Below are positions 1-8,210 of a DNA stretch of 44,261 bases, in pieces. Source of the stretch: a virus; the IMG/VR virus record IMGVR_UViG_3300045988_061436, positions 1 to 44,261 of that record. One strand, 5' to 3'. Under the pieces are notes generated by a model. It was not told the origin of the DNA. It did not search any database and saw only the letters and a list, made by a program, of their open reading frames with translations. The number at the start of each line of letters is the position of its first letter. Within the stretch, counting starts at the first letter, position 1. The translations under genes and the position numbers were made by a program.

Positions 1-55
1 GACAACTCGTCTAACTGCTTTATAAGGTCGGTTATAGAGTTGTCGGGCGAAACTA
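1..55. repeat. Left copy of an exact 55-bp terminal duplication (identical to 44207..44261); closure overlap of a circular or circularly permuted genome
   Basis: Base-by-base comparison of both ends shows identity over all 55 nt. A tape-measure reading frame runs straight through the junction. Confidence 0.95.
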
Positions 56-92
56 AGTCTTTGTAAAAAATTGGGTTCGTCTCTGTTGCCAT
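1..92 (-). CDS. Tape measure protein, true 5' end (continues at 44206 across the contig junction)
   Basis: The frame of ORF 40465..44211 stays open upstream through the duplicated 55 bp to ATG 92..90, with an in-frame TAA at 99..101. It adds MATETNPIFYKDLVSPDNSITDLIKQLDE. The track start at 44211 is only a TTG. Confidence 0.7.
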   Translation of the reverse strand, partial: MATETNPIFYKDLVSPDNSITDLIKQLDEL

Positions 93-110
93 AGTTATTT
101 ATCTTTTATT

Positions 111-183
111 TTGCGTCTAACGGCTTAAAATTATATTTACTTATAGTTTACCATAAAACAGAAATAAAAGCCGTGTCGGGTGT
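111..183. repeat. Module-boundary element, copy A
   Basis: TTGCGTCTAACGGCTT at 111..126 and AAGCCGTGTCGGG at 168..180 (start-to-start 57 bp). It lies between stop 187 and tape-measure ATG 92. Confidence 0.85.
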
Positions 184-186
184 AAA

Positions 187-957
187 TTATGCCTTAACGG
201 CTGTTTTCTGTCTTTTAACCTCGTCCTCCATGTACTCGTATGCGTTGAAAAACTCTAATACGGTGTAGTTCTTTGGGTCTACGTGTAGGTGCTTGCTTAA
301 CACTAAGCACATATTTTCAAATTGTTTGTCGTACTTTATTTCTACACTATCTTTACCCTCGTAACATTTAGGCTTGATGTAGGTTATAAGTTCATTTGTA
401 AGGCGTTCGATTTCTTGCTTTGTTTTTAGATTCGCTTCCCCCTCGACAATGTCCTGCAATATTAAGATAGTACGCCTTTTCAGTTGGTCGTAATATTCTT
501 TTGCCGCTGCATCATCGAACGAGTGCGGAAAGTACGTTTGCAAGTCCTCATCTATTTTTTTTTTGACAACCCCGAAAAGGGTTGTTAAATCTTTAACGCT
601 CACATCGCCTATACGGTTTAATGTGCATTGTAGTGCGTCATCTGATATATCATCGCACGGCTTGCCGTCTATGCTTGCAATCAGACACGCAAAGGCACTG
701 AATTTTGGACTAAGTTCTGTTTGCACGGCATACAAATTTTGTCTCATGTTCATAATTTCCTGCCCGGCTGCATCTTTGTCCCCGCTCTGTATGTAGCGCA
801 CAACCTTTTCAATATGTGCGTCAAAGTCTGCAATATCTGAACCTATACCCGAATCTATAAGTAGCAATTTGTTGAACTTATGGAAACGTCTTATCGGTAA
901 ATCTGCTATATCATCGTATAGCGTTACTTTGTGCGTACCTAATCGAACTTCTTTCAT
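187..957 (-). CDS. Hypothetical protein; positional candidate for tail assembly chaperone
   Basis: 256-aa ORF. ATG 957 overlaps the upstream stop (ATGA). It is the last gene before the tape measure and carries an A10 tract at 555..564. No motif recognised. Confidence 0.6.
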   Translation of the reverse strand: MKEVRLGTHKVTLYDDIADLPIRRFHKFNKLLLIDSGIGSDIADFDAHIEKVVRYIQSGDKDAAGQEIMNMRQNLYAVQTELSPKFSAFACLIASIDGKPCDDISDDALQCTLNRIGDVSVKDLTTLFGVVKKKIDEDLQTYFPHSFDDAAAKEYYDQLKRRTILILQDIVEGEANLKTKQEIERLTNELITYIKPKCYEGKDSVEIKYDKQFENMCLVLSKHLHVDPKNYTVLEFFNAYEYMEDEVKRQKTAVKA

Positions 958-1211
958 AATATGTTACGTGTTATAATAGTTGAAACAAAAGGCGCAAGCA
1001 AGCACCGATAATCACCCGTATAAATTGCAATAGGCAAAACCAAAAGAACACAGACCCACCAACTTAAACAAAAATCGCAATTTGCCATTTTAGAAAAGAA
1101 AGTGTTTCCGTGTATCTGTAAGTGTTCTATTACACGCCACTTATACAACAAAGTCAGCACAAAGGCGGCAACGCACGCCAATAATATGCAAAAACAAATA
1201 AATTCTATCAT
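954..1211 (-). CDS. Small multi-pass membrane protein (DUF1360-like CxxCxxxW signature)
   Basis: I use ATG 1211, because the track start at 1262 overlaps the upstream gene. 85 aa with 2 to 3 hydrophobic helices; CDFCLSWWVCVLL resembles the CPWCxGxW signature I recall for DUF1360. Confidence 0.55.
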   Translation of the reverse strand: MIEFICFCILLACVAAFVLTLLYKWRVIEHLQIHGNTFFSKMANCDFCLSWWVCVLLVLPIAIYTGDYRCLLAPFVSTIITRNIL

Positions 1212-1224
1212 ACGTATATACTTT

Positions 1225-1833
1225 TTATCGCTCGTAACACGGCTCGTTATAAACAATCTCACCCTCTAAACGTACAGCCCAATAAGGGTGCATTAAGTAT
1301 TGGTTTGTTGTTTCGTCCAAGTTGTAACCCTTGTAAACGTTCTCGGACTGCTCATAAATACGATTAAACGTGTATTGACAACCCGGGTGCGTAAAACCTC
1401 CGTTGAGTTCTCGCAATAGCTGTGCCTTTAACGCTTCGGTGTTTCGGTTGTCCTTTTCGTTGTACACCTTGCGCAAATCAACCCACACAACAAGCGCAAA
1501 CGGGGTTTTTATCTTGTTTTCTATACCTCTGTTATAAGGTTCTATTTTGTGCGGTTCTAATACATCAAAAAAGGCAAAGTTACCGATTTTTGCGTCTGGA
1601 CTTACACAAATATAGTCATTATGATTATTGCCCTTTGCGTAATCGGTGCCGCCTGCATATACGTGCGGTTCTTTGTACGTCTTGCCATTAACAACACGTG
1701 TTAACCTTTGCGCACGCCCAAAAACAACGTCAAGCCAACGGATATTATCAGCTAAGCCTTTTTGAAGTTGCCCAATAGCTTTGTCAAGCATTACCGGGTC
1801 TTTTATGATAGGTGCTAACGTCTTTCTTTCCAT
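1225..1833 (-). CDS. Hypothetical virion/neck-tail protein
   Basis: 202-aa ORF with clean ATG 1833, tightly packed in the structural block. No motif recognised. Confidence 0.6.
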   Translation of the reverse strand: MERKTLAPIIKDPVMLDKAIGQLQKGLADNIRWLDVVFGRAQRLTRVVNGKTYKEPHVYAGGTDYAKGNNHNDYICVSPDAKIGNFAFFDVLEPHKIEPYNRGIENKIKTPFALVVWVDLRKVYNEKDNRNTEALKAQLLRELNGGFTHPGCQYTFNRIYEQSENVYKGYNLDETTNQYLMHPYWAVRLEGEIVYNEPCYER

Positions 1834-1839
1834 ATTTCG

Positions 1840-2295
1840 TTATTTATTTAGCATTTGTCGCAATTTCTCAACTACTGCCGGGTAAATGTACTCCCATATT
1901 AAAACAGCCTTATTTTCTGCGTTCAAACCCATAATTTGACGACCGTACTTTTTTATCAAGTCCTCTGTCTTGAAGTCAGACGCTTTTATCTCAAATGATT
2001 TGTCGCCTACCTCGACATAAAAAGAACTTTCAAAATCGCCCTCGTCCCTCAACGTTACACGGTTTGTTGGTTGTCCTTTTAACTCTTTAATCTGTATCGT
2101 TACCGGACTATAAGGTTGATAATCTGCTATCGACACGCCCAACGCATTCTCACCGCTTTCGTATAGCTGATTTTCTGCGTTCATATCCACGATTAACGCC
2201 TCGTTATCTGTTACGATATTAGAGAGTAAAGCACCGTTTTCTAATTGCTCGTTAAAAGCCTTGATACGCTCTGCAAGCTGATTAATTACGCTCAT
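1840..2295 (-). CDS. Hypothetical virion protein (head-tail connector region)
   Basis: 151-aa ORF with ATG 2295, 5 nt after the upstream stop. Call is by position only. Confidence 0.6.
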   Translation of the reverse strand: MSVINQLAERIKAFNEQLENGALLSNIVTDNEALIVDMNAENQLYESGENALGVSIADYQPYSPVTIQIKELKGQPTNRVTLRDEGDFESSFYVEVGDKSFEIKASDFKTEDLIKKYGRQIMGLNAENKAVLIWEYIYPAVVEKLRQMLNK

Positions 2296-2300
2296 ACATT

Positions 2301-3659
2301 TTACACCGTTCTATACCTTACACCGTGGTTATTACAAGTTAGGCAAATTCTGTCTATCCCTTGCGTGCTTATCCTTAACGCTGCATACGCTTGTTTTAAC
2401 TCATAGCCTAAGCCGCCCGGGCGTACTCCGTTTGTGTTGCCGTCCAACTCGTACAGAATTTCCATACGGCTAACATTTGTTTGATTTCTGTTTACTCTCG
2501 CTTCGGGGTTCATTGCCATTGTACGCAATGCAATAGCGGCAACTTGACGTTGTAAGGCGGTCGCAAATATGTGCCTTTGCTCTATGATAAAATCGGTAAG
2601 GTCACAACCGACAGACACCTCAACGTTTAACCCATAATTGCAAGTGTTCTCATAAATCAACATTCCGTTGTCGAATAGTTCGGGGTTATCGCTCCATTTA
2701 GCGTCAACGCCTACACGGAAAGGACTAATCTGTAAATACTTTGTGAGTTCACGCCAAGCCTTAACGCTGCCTATGTTGCAAGTGCCGCACGGTTCACGGC
2801 TCCAATCTTTCGACACGTTTATAGCTTCCATTCCCAACGGTAGTGCGTTTTGGTCGTAACCAATAAACCAAGACCCGCCGGCGTTCGTGCGTCCTCCCAT
2901 GTAAGGCATAAACCAATCGTTTACGCTTACCCAAGTAAACGAGCCGTTATCTTGTGTTATCTCAACATCTTTGTATGCGATAGGCTCATAACGTGAACTA
3001 TGAAACAGATAAAGCCTAATTGTACCGGTTGCGCCTGCTACTTGTAACCCTACACGTTCAATCTTTGCCGTTACACCCATAGAACGCACAGGCGTTATCT
3101 CCATACCAACGAATGACTGTTTATTGTCTATAACGTTGCGAATACGCCCGGCACCGTCAAAAAACGTAACTCTATCAAGTAGCGGGCGTGTTTCCTCTCC
3201 TATTACCTTTGTTTGTATAAACGTCTGTAATAGCTTTCTGATACCGCTTCTTGTGAGTGTCTGTAAGTAATCGTTAACTATGTCATAGCCTGCCCACGGC
3301 TTATCCTCTGCGTTTGCCCCATAGTCTTGCATATAGTAATCATCGTTAAAGTCGCTTACATTGCTATCGGGTTCTAATCCTCTAACCTCCTTTAACGCAA
3401 CATAGACACGCCCGGCGTGCCTTACCTTTTGCCCCCTCGTGTACGTTCTGAACTCTGTATATTCGGGGTACTTGTATAAAAAATCTTCGGGTATAATTGC
3501 CCGTATGTTTTCAAGCGTCAAAAGCGGGTGCGCATCTTGAAACGTTAAACCGCTTTCGCTCTGTGTTAAATCCTTATTGATTGCCTTTTCGGGGTTGTAA
3601 TCTTGCGCCCACCCTACCAAATGTAAAAGGCTATCTTCTATTTGCGTTAATCTATACAT
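2301..3659 (-). CDS. Structural protein of unknown role (452 aa)
   Basis: Start set at ATG 3659 (MYRLTQIEDS...). The track's 5' extension to 3878 runs through a strong terminator hairpin and overlaps the capsid gene. Confidence 0.65.
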   Translation of the reverse strand: MYRLTQIEDSLLHLVGWAQDYNPEKAINKDLTQSESGLTFQDAHPLLTLENIRAIIPEDFLYKYPEYTEFRTYTRGQKVRHAGRVYVALKEVRGLEPDSNVSDFNDDYYMQDYGANAEDKPWAGYDIVNDYLQTLTRSGIRKLLQTFIQTKVIGEETRPLLDRVTFFDGAGRIRNVIDNKQSFVGMEITPVRSMGVTAKIERVGLQVAGATGTIRLYLFHSSRYEPIAYKDVEITQDNGSFTWVSVNDWFMPYMGGRTNAGGSWFIGYDQNALPLGMEAINVSKDWSREPCGTCNIGSVKAWRELTKYLQISPFRVGVDAKWSDNPELFDNGMLIYENTCNYGLNVEVSVGCDLTDFIIEQRHIFATALQRQVAAIALRTMAMNPEARVNRNQTNVSRMEILYELDGNTNGVRPGGLGYELKQAYAALRISTQGIDRICLTCNNHGVRYRTV

Positions 3660-3665
3660 TTGCGT

Positions 3666-3701
3666 CAAAATGAAAAAGGGGGAGGGGAAACCCCCGCCCC
3701 C
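3666..3701 (-). terminator. Intrinsic terminator directly after the major capsid gene
   Basis: Minus strand reads GGGGGCGGGGG-TTT-CCCCTCCCCC followed by TTTTTCATTTTG. It lies 24 nt after the capsid stop. Confidence 0.8.
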
Positions 3702-3724
3702 ACAAATTAAAAGACATGAAAAGA

Positions 3725-4837
3725 CTAAACCGCCTTTGTTGATACCGGGTTGCTTGCTCCGTTGGTAATGACAACCGGGTTGGCGGTTGGAATGTCTCCA
3801 ACAGGGTTGGCAATAGCAAACTTGATGATTGGGTTTGCAATTGTTGCCGGTGCGCTGTTGTAAGCCACCAAGAAACAAACGTCAAGGCTGAATCCGTAAA
3901 ACTCCTTAACTGCACAAGTCAAGTCAGCGGTCGCAGTTCCTGCAATTGCGCTCTGATTGCCCACCTCTGTGTAGAAGTGCGCACCAACAGGCAAATCAAG
4001 CATTGGCAGGCGCACAACGTCCCACTCGTGCGAGTTTGCGGTCGCTCTGCGCAACGCTTCACGGTCTACACGTGTAACGACTGCACAATTGCCGTCCTCA
4101 ACCACGAAACCGGTCGCAAACTTGCCGCTCTCGTTCGCTACTGAATTGGTGTAGTGCAGAATCTTGCCCTCGTACTCCAATCGCCTGTTCTGCTCGTTGT
4201 ACACGCCCATCTGTGCAAGCTGCCGTACGTGTGCATCGACACCGCTGTTGCCGATTACGTGCAACTCTCGATAGAACTTGTTTGCCCTCATCATTGGTGC
4301 GCTATCGCCCAAGATACTGTTACGGAGCAGCCATGGCACGTTTACAACGTTGCCGGTCTGCTTGTAGTAGAGCAAGTTCTGAAACACCTGTGTCTTGTTC
4401 GCTTCCAATGAAGCAACGGCGTAGGAGTCCAACTTCTCCAACAGCGCACGGGTAATGTTTGCCATTTTGCGGTTGAAATCTCTCTCGTAACCGATAGAGT
4501 TGTTCATGTACGCAGACGGCACCATCGTGAAGCCTACCGCAAGCGTTGCCCAAGTCAAAGTATATAACTTTGAGGTGTTCTCTGCATCTGCAATGACACA
4601 ACTACGCTCGTTTGCCACCACTACATCGCCGTTGTAATCAAGAACCGGCACCTTTACATCGTTGCCCATGCTCTGAAACGCTTTGTCTCGTAATTCGGGC
4701 GAAATAATTGAGGTCGGTGCATCTGTCTGTGAGATAAAGAAGTCAATTGCTCCGTACTCACCCATACGGACCATATTACGGTCGAAAGTCGGGTCACTGA
4801 TACGCCAATCCTGCACTCGTGTTGCTACTAATGACAT
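3725..4837 (-). CDS. Major capsid protein (candidate)
   Basis: 370 aa. It follows a coiled-coil scaffold-like gene and the portal, and is followed by the strongest terminator in the genome. Call rests on position and size. Confidence 0.65.
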   Translation of the reverse strand: MSLVATRVQDWRISDPTFDRNMVRMGEYGAIDFFISQTDAPTSIISPELRDKAFQSMGNDVKVPVLDYNGDVVVANERSCVIADAENTSKLYTLTWATLAVGFTMVPSAYMNNSIGYERDFNRKMANITRALLEKLDSYAVASLEANKTQVFQNLLYYKQTGNVVNVPWLLRNSILGDSAPMMRANKFYRELHVIGNSGVDAHVRQLAQMGVYNEQNRRLEYEGKILHYTNSVANESGKFATGFVVEDGNCAVVTRVDREALRRATANSHEWDVVRLPMLDLPVGAHFYTEVGNQSAIAGTATADLTCAVKEFYGFSLDVCFLVAYNSAPATIANPIIKFAIANPVGDIPTANPVVITNGASNPVSTKAV

Positions 4838-4894
4838 AATTTAATTAATTTTGATATGTTATTATTTAGGGCTAACCCTTTGCCCGGTTAATTC

Positions 4895-5842
4895 TTACTG
4901 AAGCGGTAAGGATTTGTAACCCTCGTTCGCTTTGACAATCTCCTGCATTGCGGTGTCAAACTCTGCCGAGCCGATTGTCTTGCCCTGCTGCAATAGAGAT
5001 TGAGTTGCAATCTCGTTGAACTCTTTTCGGGTACGTGCGGATGAAACGTCAACAACGACACCGCCACCGTTACCGCCTGTTGGCTGTACAGGCTGCGTGC
5101 CTGCTCCCGGTGCCGCCTTGCCTGCTAATACGCCCAACGCTTCCAGCTCTCGCTCCACCAATTCACGTGCCGTGAAAGGCTGCAAGTTGGTAGCCGCATT
5201 TCTCATCACGCTGTTGTCTGAATTGTGGAAACCCAACACCTTGCCGCCCTTGCCGTCGTCAATGAATTGAGGGTTGAAACCCTTTACCTTTTCAACAGCC
5301 TGCTGCATAAGCACCTTTGTCACGCTCTCCGGCAACTCCGGCTTGAACTTGATACCCGCCAATGAGTTGTTAATCTCATTGTCGACACGCACACCAAATA
5401 TCTGCGTTTCGTACTCTGCCTTTTGCTTCTCGCTCTGCTTCTTCAAACTTGCGTACTCTTTTCGTACGTTCTCCAAGTCTGCTTTTGCTCGTGCGAGTTG
5501 CGCCTGCGTTTCCTCGTTGCCGCCCTTTGCGACCAAACCCTCCAAACGTGTCTTCTCTGCTTTCAGCGTTGCGATTTCCTCCGTGTACTTGCTTGCTCCG
5601 TCTTTCTGCTTCAACTCCGTTGCAGCACGCTTCAAGAAATTGTAAGTCTTTTCGTCTCCGTCACGCTTAACGCCGGTAACGTTTGTAATCGTTTCGTCCA
5701 TCGTGCGGTAGACTTCGCCAATCCTGCGGCCGATAACATCGTTCTCATCGTTTTGGCTCATCTGCACCAATGCGGCAACCTGCTTGTCGTTCAAGCCTGC
5801 TAACTCCGCATTACCTCTAATTGTTTCTTTCGTTAATGCCAT
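4895..5842 (-). CDS. Scaffolding protein (candidate)
   Basis: 315 aa with a long Lys/Glu/Ala-rich coiled-coil centre (KAEKTRLEGL...KADLENVRKEYASLKKQSEKQKAEYE). Lies between portal and capsid. Confidence 0.55.
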   Translation of the reverse strand: MALTKETIRGNAELAGLNDKQVAALVQMSQNDENDVIGRRIGEVYRTMDETITNVTGVKRDGDEKTYNFLKRAATELKQKDGASKYTEEIATLKAEKTRLEGLVAKGGNEETQAQLARAKADLENVRKEYASLKKQSEKQKAEYETQIFGVRVDNEINNSLAGIKFKPELPESVTKVLMQQAVEKVKGFNPQFIDDGKGGKVLGFHNSDNSVMRNAATNLQPFTARELVERELEALGVLAGKAAPGAGTQPVQPTGGNGGGVVVDVSSARTRKEFNEIATQSLLQQGKTIGSAEFDTAMQEIVKANEGYKSLPLQ

Positions 5843-5887
5843 ATAACTAACCCTTTGTTATTTGTTTTTAATTCGGTTTCCCGTTTG

Positions 5888-6346
5888 TTACTTTGCACCA
5901 TTTTTCGGTGCTGCCCCCTCGTTGTTAGGCTGCGTTGCGTTCACCGCTGCCAAAGCCTTTGCAACAGCTTCGTCAATTGCCGCCTGCTGCTTCTCCTCGA
6001 ACTCTTTGCACTGCTTCTCCAACGCTTCCTCGATAGCTGCCTGCTGTGCTTCTGCTGCACTCTGTGCGCTCTGTCGTTCTCGTTCCTCCGCTTCCTTTGT
6101 CTGCTTCTCAATCCAAGCGGTAGGGTCGTAAACTACACGCACATCGTAACCAAGTCGCTTCAAGTTTGGGAAAGCCGTCTCAAAGGCGTTAACGCCGAAT
6201 TTCTGTACACGTGGCACAGAAACCCTTTCGCCTGTCTTTGAGTTGAACTCTTTTACCTCAATGACAGCGTGGAACAACCCCTCTTCGCCTTTCGGTACGT
6301 CGTAGTTATCAACTGTCACCTCGTCTAATTTGTACTTCGTTTCCAT
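5888..6346 (-). CDS. Hypothetical head-morphogenesis protein with Ala/Glu/Gln-rich C-terminus
   Basis: Start set at ATG 6346 (METKYKLDEV...), which still overlaps the portal 3' end by 38 nt. 152 aa. Confidence 0.55.
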   Translation of the reverse strand: METKYKLDEVTVDNYDVPKGEEGLFHAVIEVKEFNSKTGERVSVPRVQKFGVNAFETAFPNLKRLGYDVRVVYDPTAWIEKQTKEAEERERQSAQSAAEAQQAAIEEALEKQCKEFEEKQQAAIDEAVAKALAAVNATQPNNEGAAPKNGAK

Positions 6347-8054
6347 ACTCTGTAAATTTGTTGTTAATTGATTTGATTTTATCGTTAAAATTGATTGCGC
6401 TACCAAATTCTAATATATTAGTATTTTCACGCTCAAAACGCCTGACAAAGTTAGAGAAATTTAGCTTTACAACCAAATCCCTATCTGAAATTATACCCTT
6501 ATCGTGGTAAACTTGTACCTCATCGAGTGTTAAATGTGGATAGGGTTCTAATTCTCTAAGCGTTATCATACGTTGTAACTCTGCGGGGTTGTTGCGGTAC
6601 TCTGTTTCAAGTATCTGCGTTTGCATCGCATCAAGTTCTGCATCGCTTGCCCCGCTTTCCTTTGCTTCTTTGTATCGCTTTCGCAAGTCGTTTGCACTCA
6701 AATTATAAAATTCTGTGCCATAACTTACCGTTGCACCTATGAAGCCTTTGCCATAACGCAAGCGGCAAACGGTCGCATCAACCCAACGCTGTGCATCTTC
6801 AAAACCTTTCTTGATAGTGTTTAGTATCGTGGTTTGGCTTTCAAAGTTTGCGTTTACTTGCGCTTCGTTAAGTGCCTGCGTATTGATTAAGCCCTCGCTG
6901 TCTGTACCAACACACGCCTGTATAATTTCAGTTTCCAAGCGTTCCGTTTCCTCTGTGTTGTAATCCAAAGACGAACGGTCTACGGTTAACATCTGTACAG
7001 GGTTGCGCAAATCGGGTTGTTCCTCTCCGCCTGCATTCGTGCCGGGTATTGGTATCTCTACAAACGAACCAACGCCTGCAATACGTTTGTCCCCACACTT
7101 CGGGCAACGCATCAGCAAGCCGTTCGCATCGTATAGGTAGTTGTTTTGTTTGTCTTTCAAAAAACCACCGTCACAATATTCGCCGGTCTCGTCATTGTGG
7201 AAATCGCAATCCATTTCGTAACCGCTATAAATCGGGTATGCTCCGTACATGTCAAGATTGCGTTTTGAAATGTGGAAGAACAAAAACCAATCCAAGGCTT
7301 CCAACTCGACAGACAAAGGACTTTTCTTAATATCGGGTGTTTCGATACTCAACGCTTCGTTCCAAAAGAAACGAGCGGGCGTGTAACCCAAGTTGTGTGC
7401 TACCTCTACAATAGGCAAGCCATCAATTACACCGCCTTTTGCGTTGTATATTCTGTAATACATATCATCAAGCACCGCAAGTTTATCGCCCGGCTGCTTA
7501 AAAACTATGTACTCCATTTGTCCCGTTGTCGGGTTCGCTTCATAGCTTACCACGTTATCAATTGTCAACCAATAGAAGTAAGGACGTGCGTACTTGTCCG
7601 CTTCTGTGGGTTCTGCTGGCATATCAACAACCAACACCGAGTTTATTTCAGTTTTGAAATACTCCCAACCTTTCGTTGCCCACACTTGCGGCTCTCCCAA
7701 AACTTCCTTGCGGTAGGTTTCCCAATCCTCTCTGTCTGCTTGATTTACAAATTGATAGTTAAAGGCTGCGTTGCGACCGTCAAAAACACGGCTTAACTTG
7801 TCAAAAATCGTTCCCGCTGTCCGATTGGTACGGACAGGGAAACGAAACATAAGTTTGAACATACGGAACTTATCAACCGGCAACAGCTTGCCAGCCATTG
7901 AGAGAAAATCACTCAAAGGCTGATTAAGGCGTGGTACTATCTGCGTGCAAGCGTGGAACTTAATCCTGTCCTGCTGCGCTTTCGCTTTCGCTATTACCTG
8001 CCTGTTCTTCGGTTCTGCTACCGCTTTCTTGATTTGCTCGTATGTTAATATCAT
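6309..8054 (-). CDS. Portal protein (candidate)
   Basis: About 581 aa from ATG 8054 (MILTYEQIKK...). It is the largest head-module protein between terL and the scaffold/capsid genes. The start is uncertain. Confidence 0.6.
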   Translation of the reverse strand: MILTYEQIKKAVAEPKNRQVIAKAKAQQDRIKFHACTQIVPRLNQPLSDFLSMAGKLLPVDKFRMFKLMFRFPVRTNRTAGTIFDKLSRVFDGRNAAFNYQFVNQADREDWETYRKEVLGEPQVWATKGWEYFKTEINSVLVVDMPAEPTEADKYARPYFYWLTIDNVVSYEANPTTGQMEYIVFKQPGDKLAVLDDMYYRIYNAKGGVIDGLPIVEVAHNLGYTPARFFWNEALSIETPDIKKSPLSVELEALDWFLFFHISKRNLDMYGAYPIYSGYEMDCDFHNDETGEYCDGGFLKDKQNNYLYDANGLLMRCPKCGDKRIAGVGSFVEIPIPGTNAGGEEQPDLRNPVQMLTVDRSSLDYNTEETERLETEIIQACVGTDSEGLINTQALNEAQVNANFESQTTILNTIKKGFEDAQRWVDATVCRLRYGKGFIGATVSYGTEFYNLSANDLRKRYKEAKESGASDAELDAMQTQILETEYRNNPAELQRMITLRELEPYPHLTLDEVQVYHDKGIISDRDLVVKLNFSNFVRRFERENTNILEFGSAINFNDKIKSINNKFTEYGNEVQIRRGDS

Positions 8055-8205
8055 AACCGTTAAACTCGTATTTACTTGTTTGTGGAATAAACCAACCGCC
8101 ATTATTCTGCATTCTCAAAAGGCGTTCTGCGTGGCTTATCTCGAAATCCTCTGTTACGCCTAAACTATCATTTTGAAGCGTAACAAGCGTTGTCTTTCCA
8201 CTCAT
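7960..8205 (-). CDS. Hypothetical 81-aa protein overlapping the portal 5' end
   Basis: ATG 8205 lies 5 nt after the upstream stop. The globular-looking N-terminal ~55 aa is followed by a low-complexity tail that overlaps the portal frame. Confidence 0.45.
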   Translation of the reverse strand: MSGKTTLVTLQNDSLGVTEDFEISHAERLLRMQNNGGWFIPQTSKYEFNGYDINIRANQESGSRTEEQAGNSESESAAGQD

Positions 8206-8210
8206 AGCCG

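Noticed and set aside
1-55. The terminal repeat as a biological direct terminal repeat or att/cos site
   Set aside because: The exact 55-nt length is typical of a de Bruijn k-mer overlap, and a long ORF reads through it. I cannot exclude real ends nearby without read data.
3660-3878. 5' extension of ORF 2301..3878, and the 87-aa ORF 3652..3915
   Set aside because: The extension overlaps the capsid gene 3' end and reads straight through the strongest terminator hairpin. Its sequence is Cys/Gly/Pro-rich nonsense. A clean ATG at 3659 follows the terminator.
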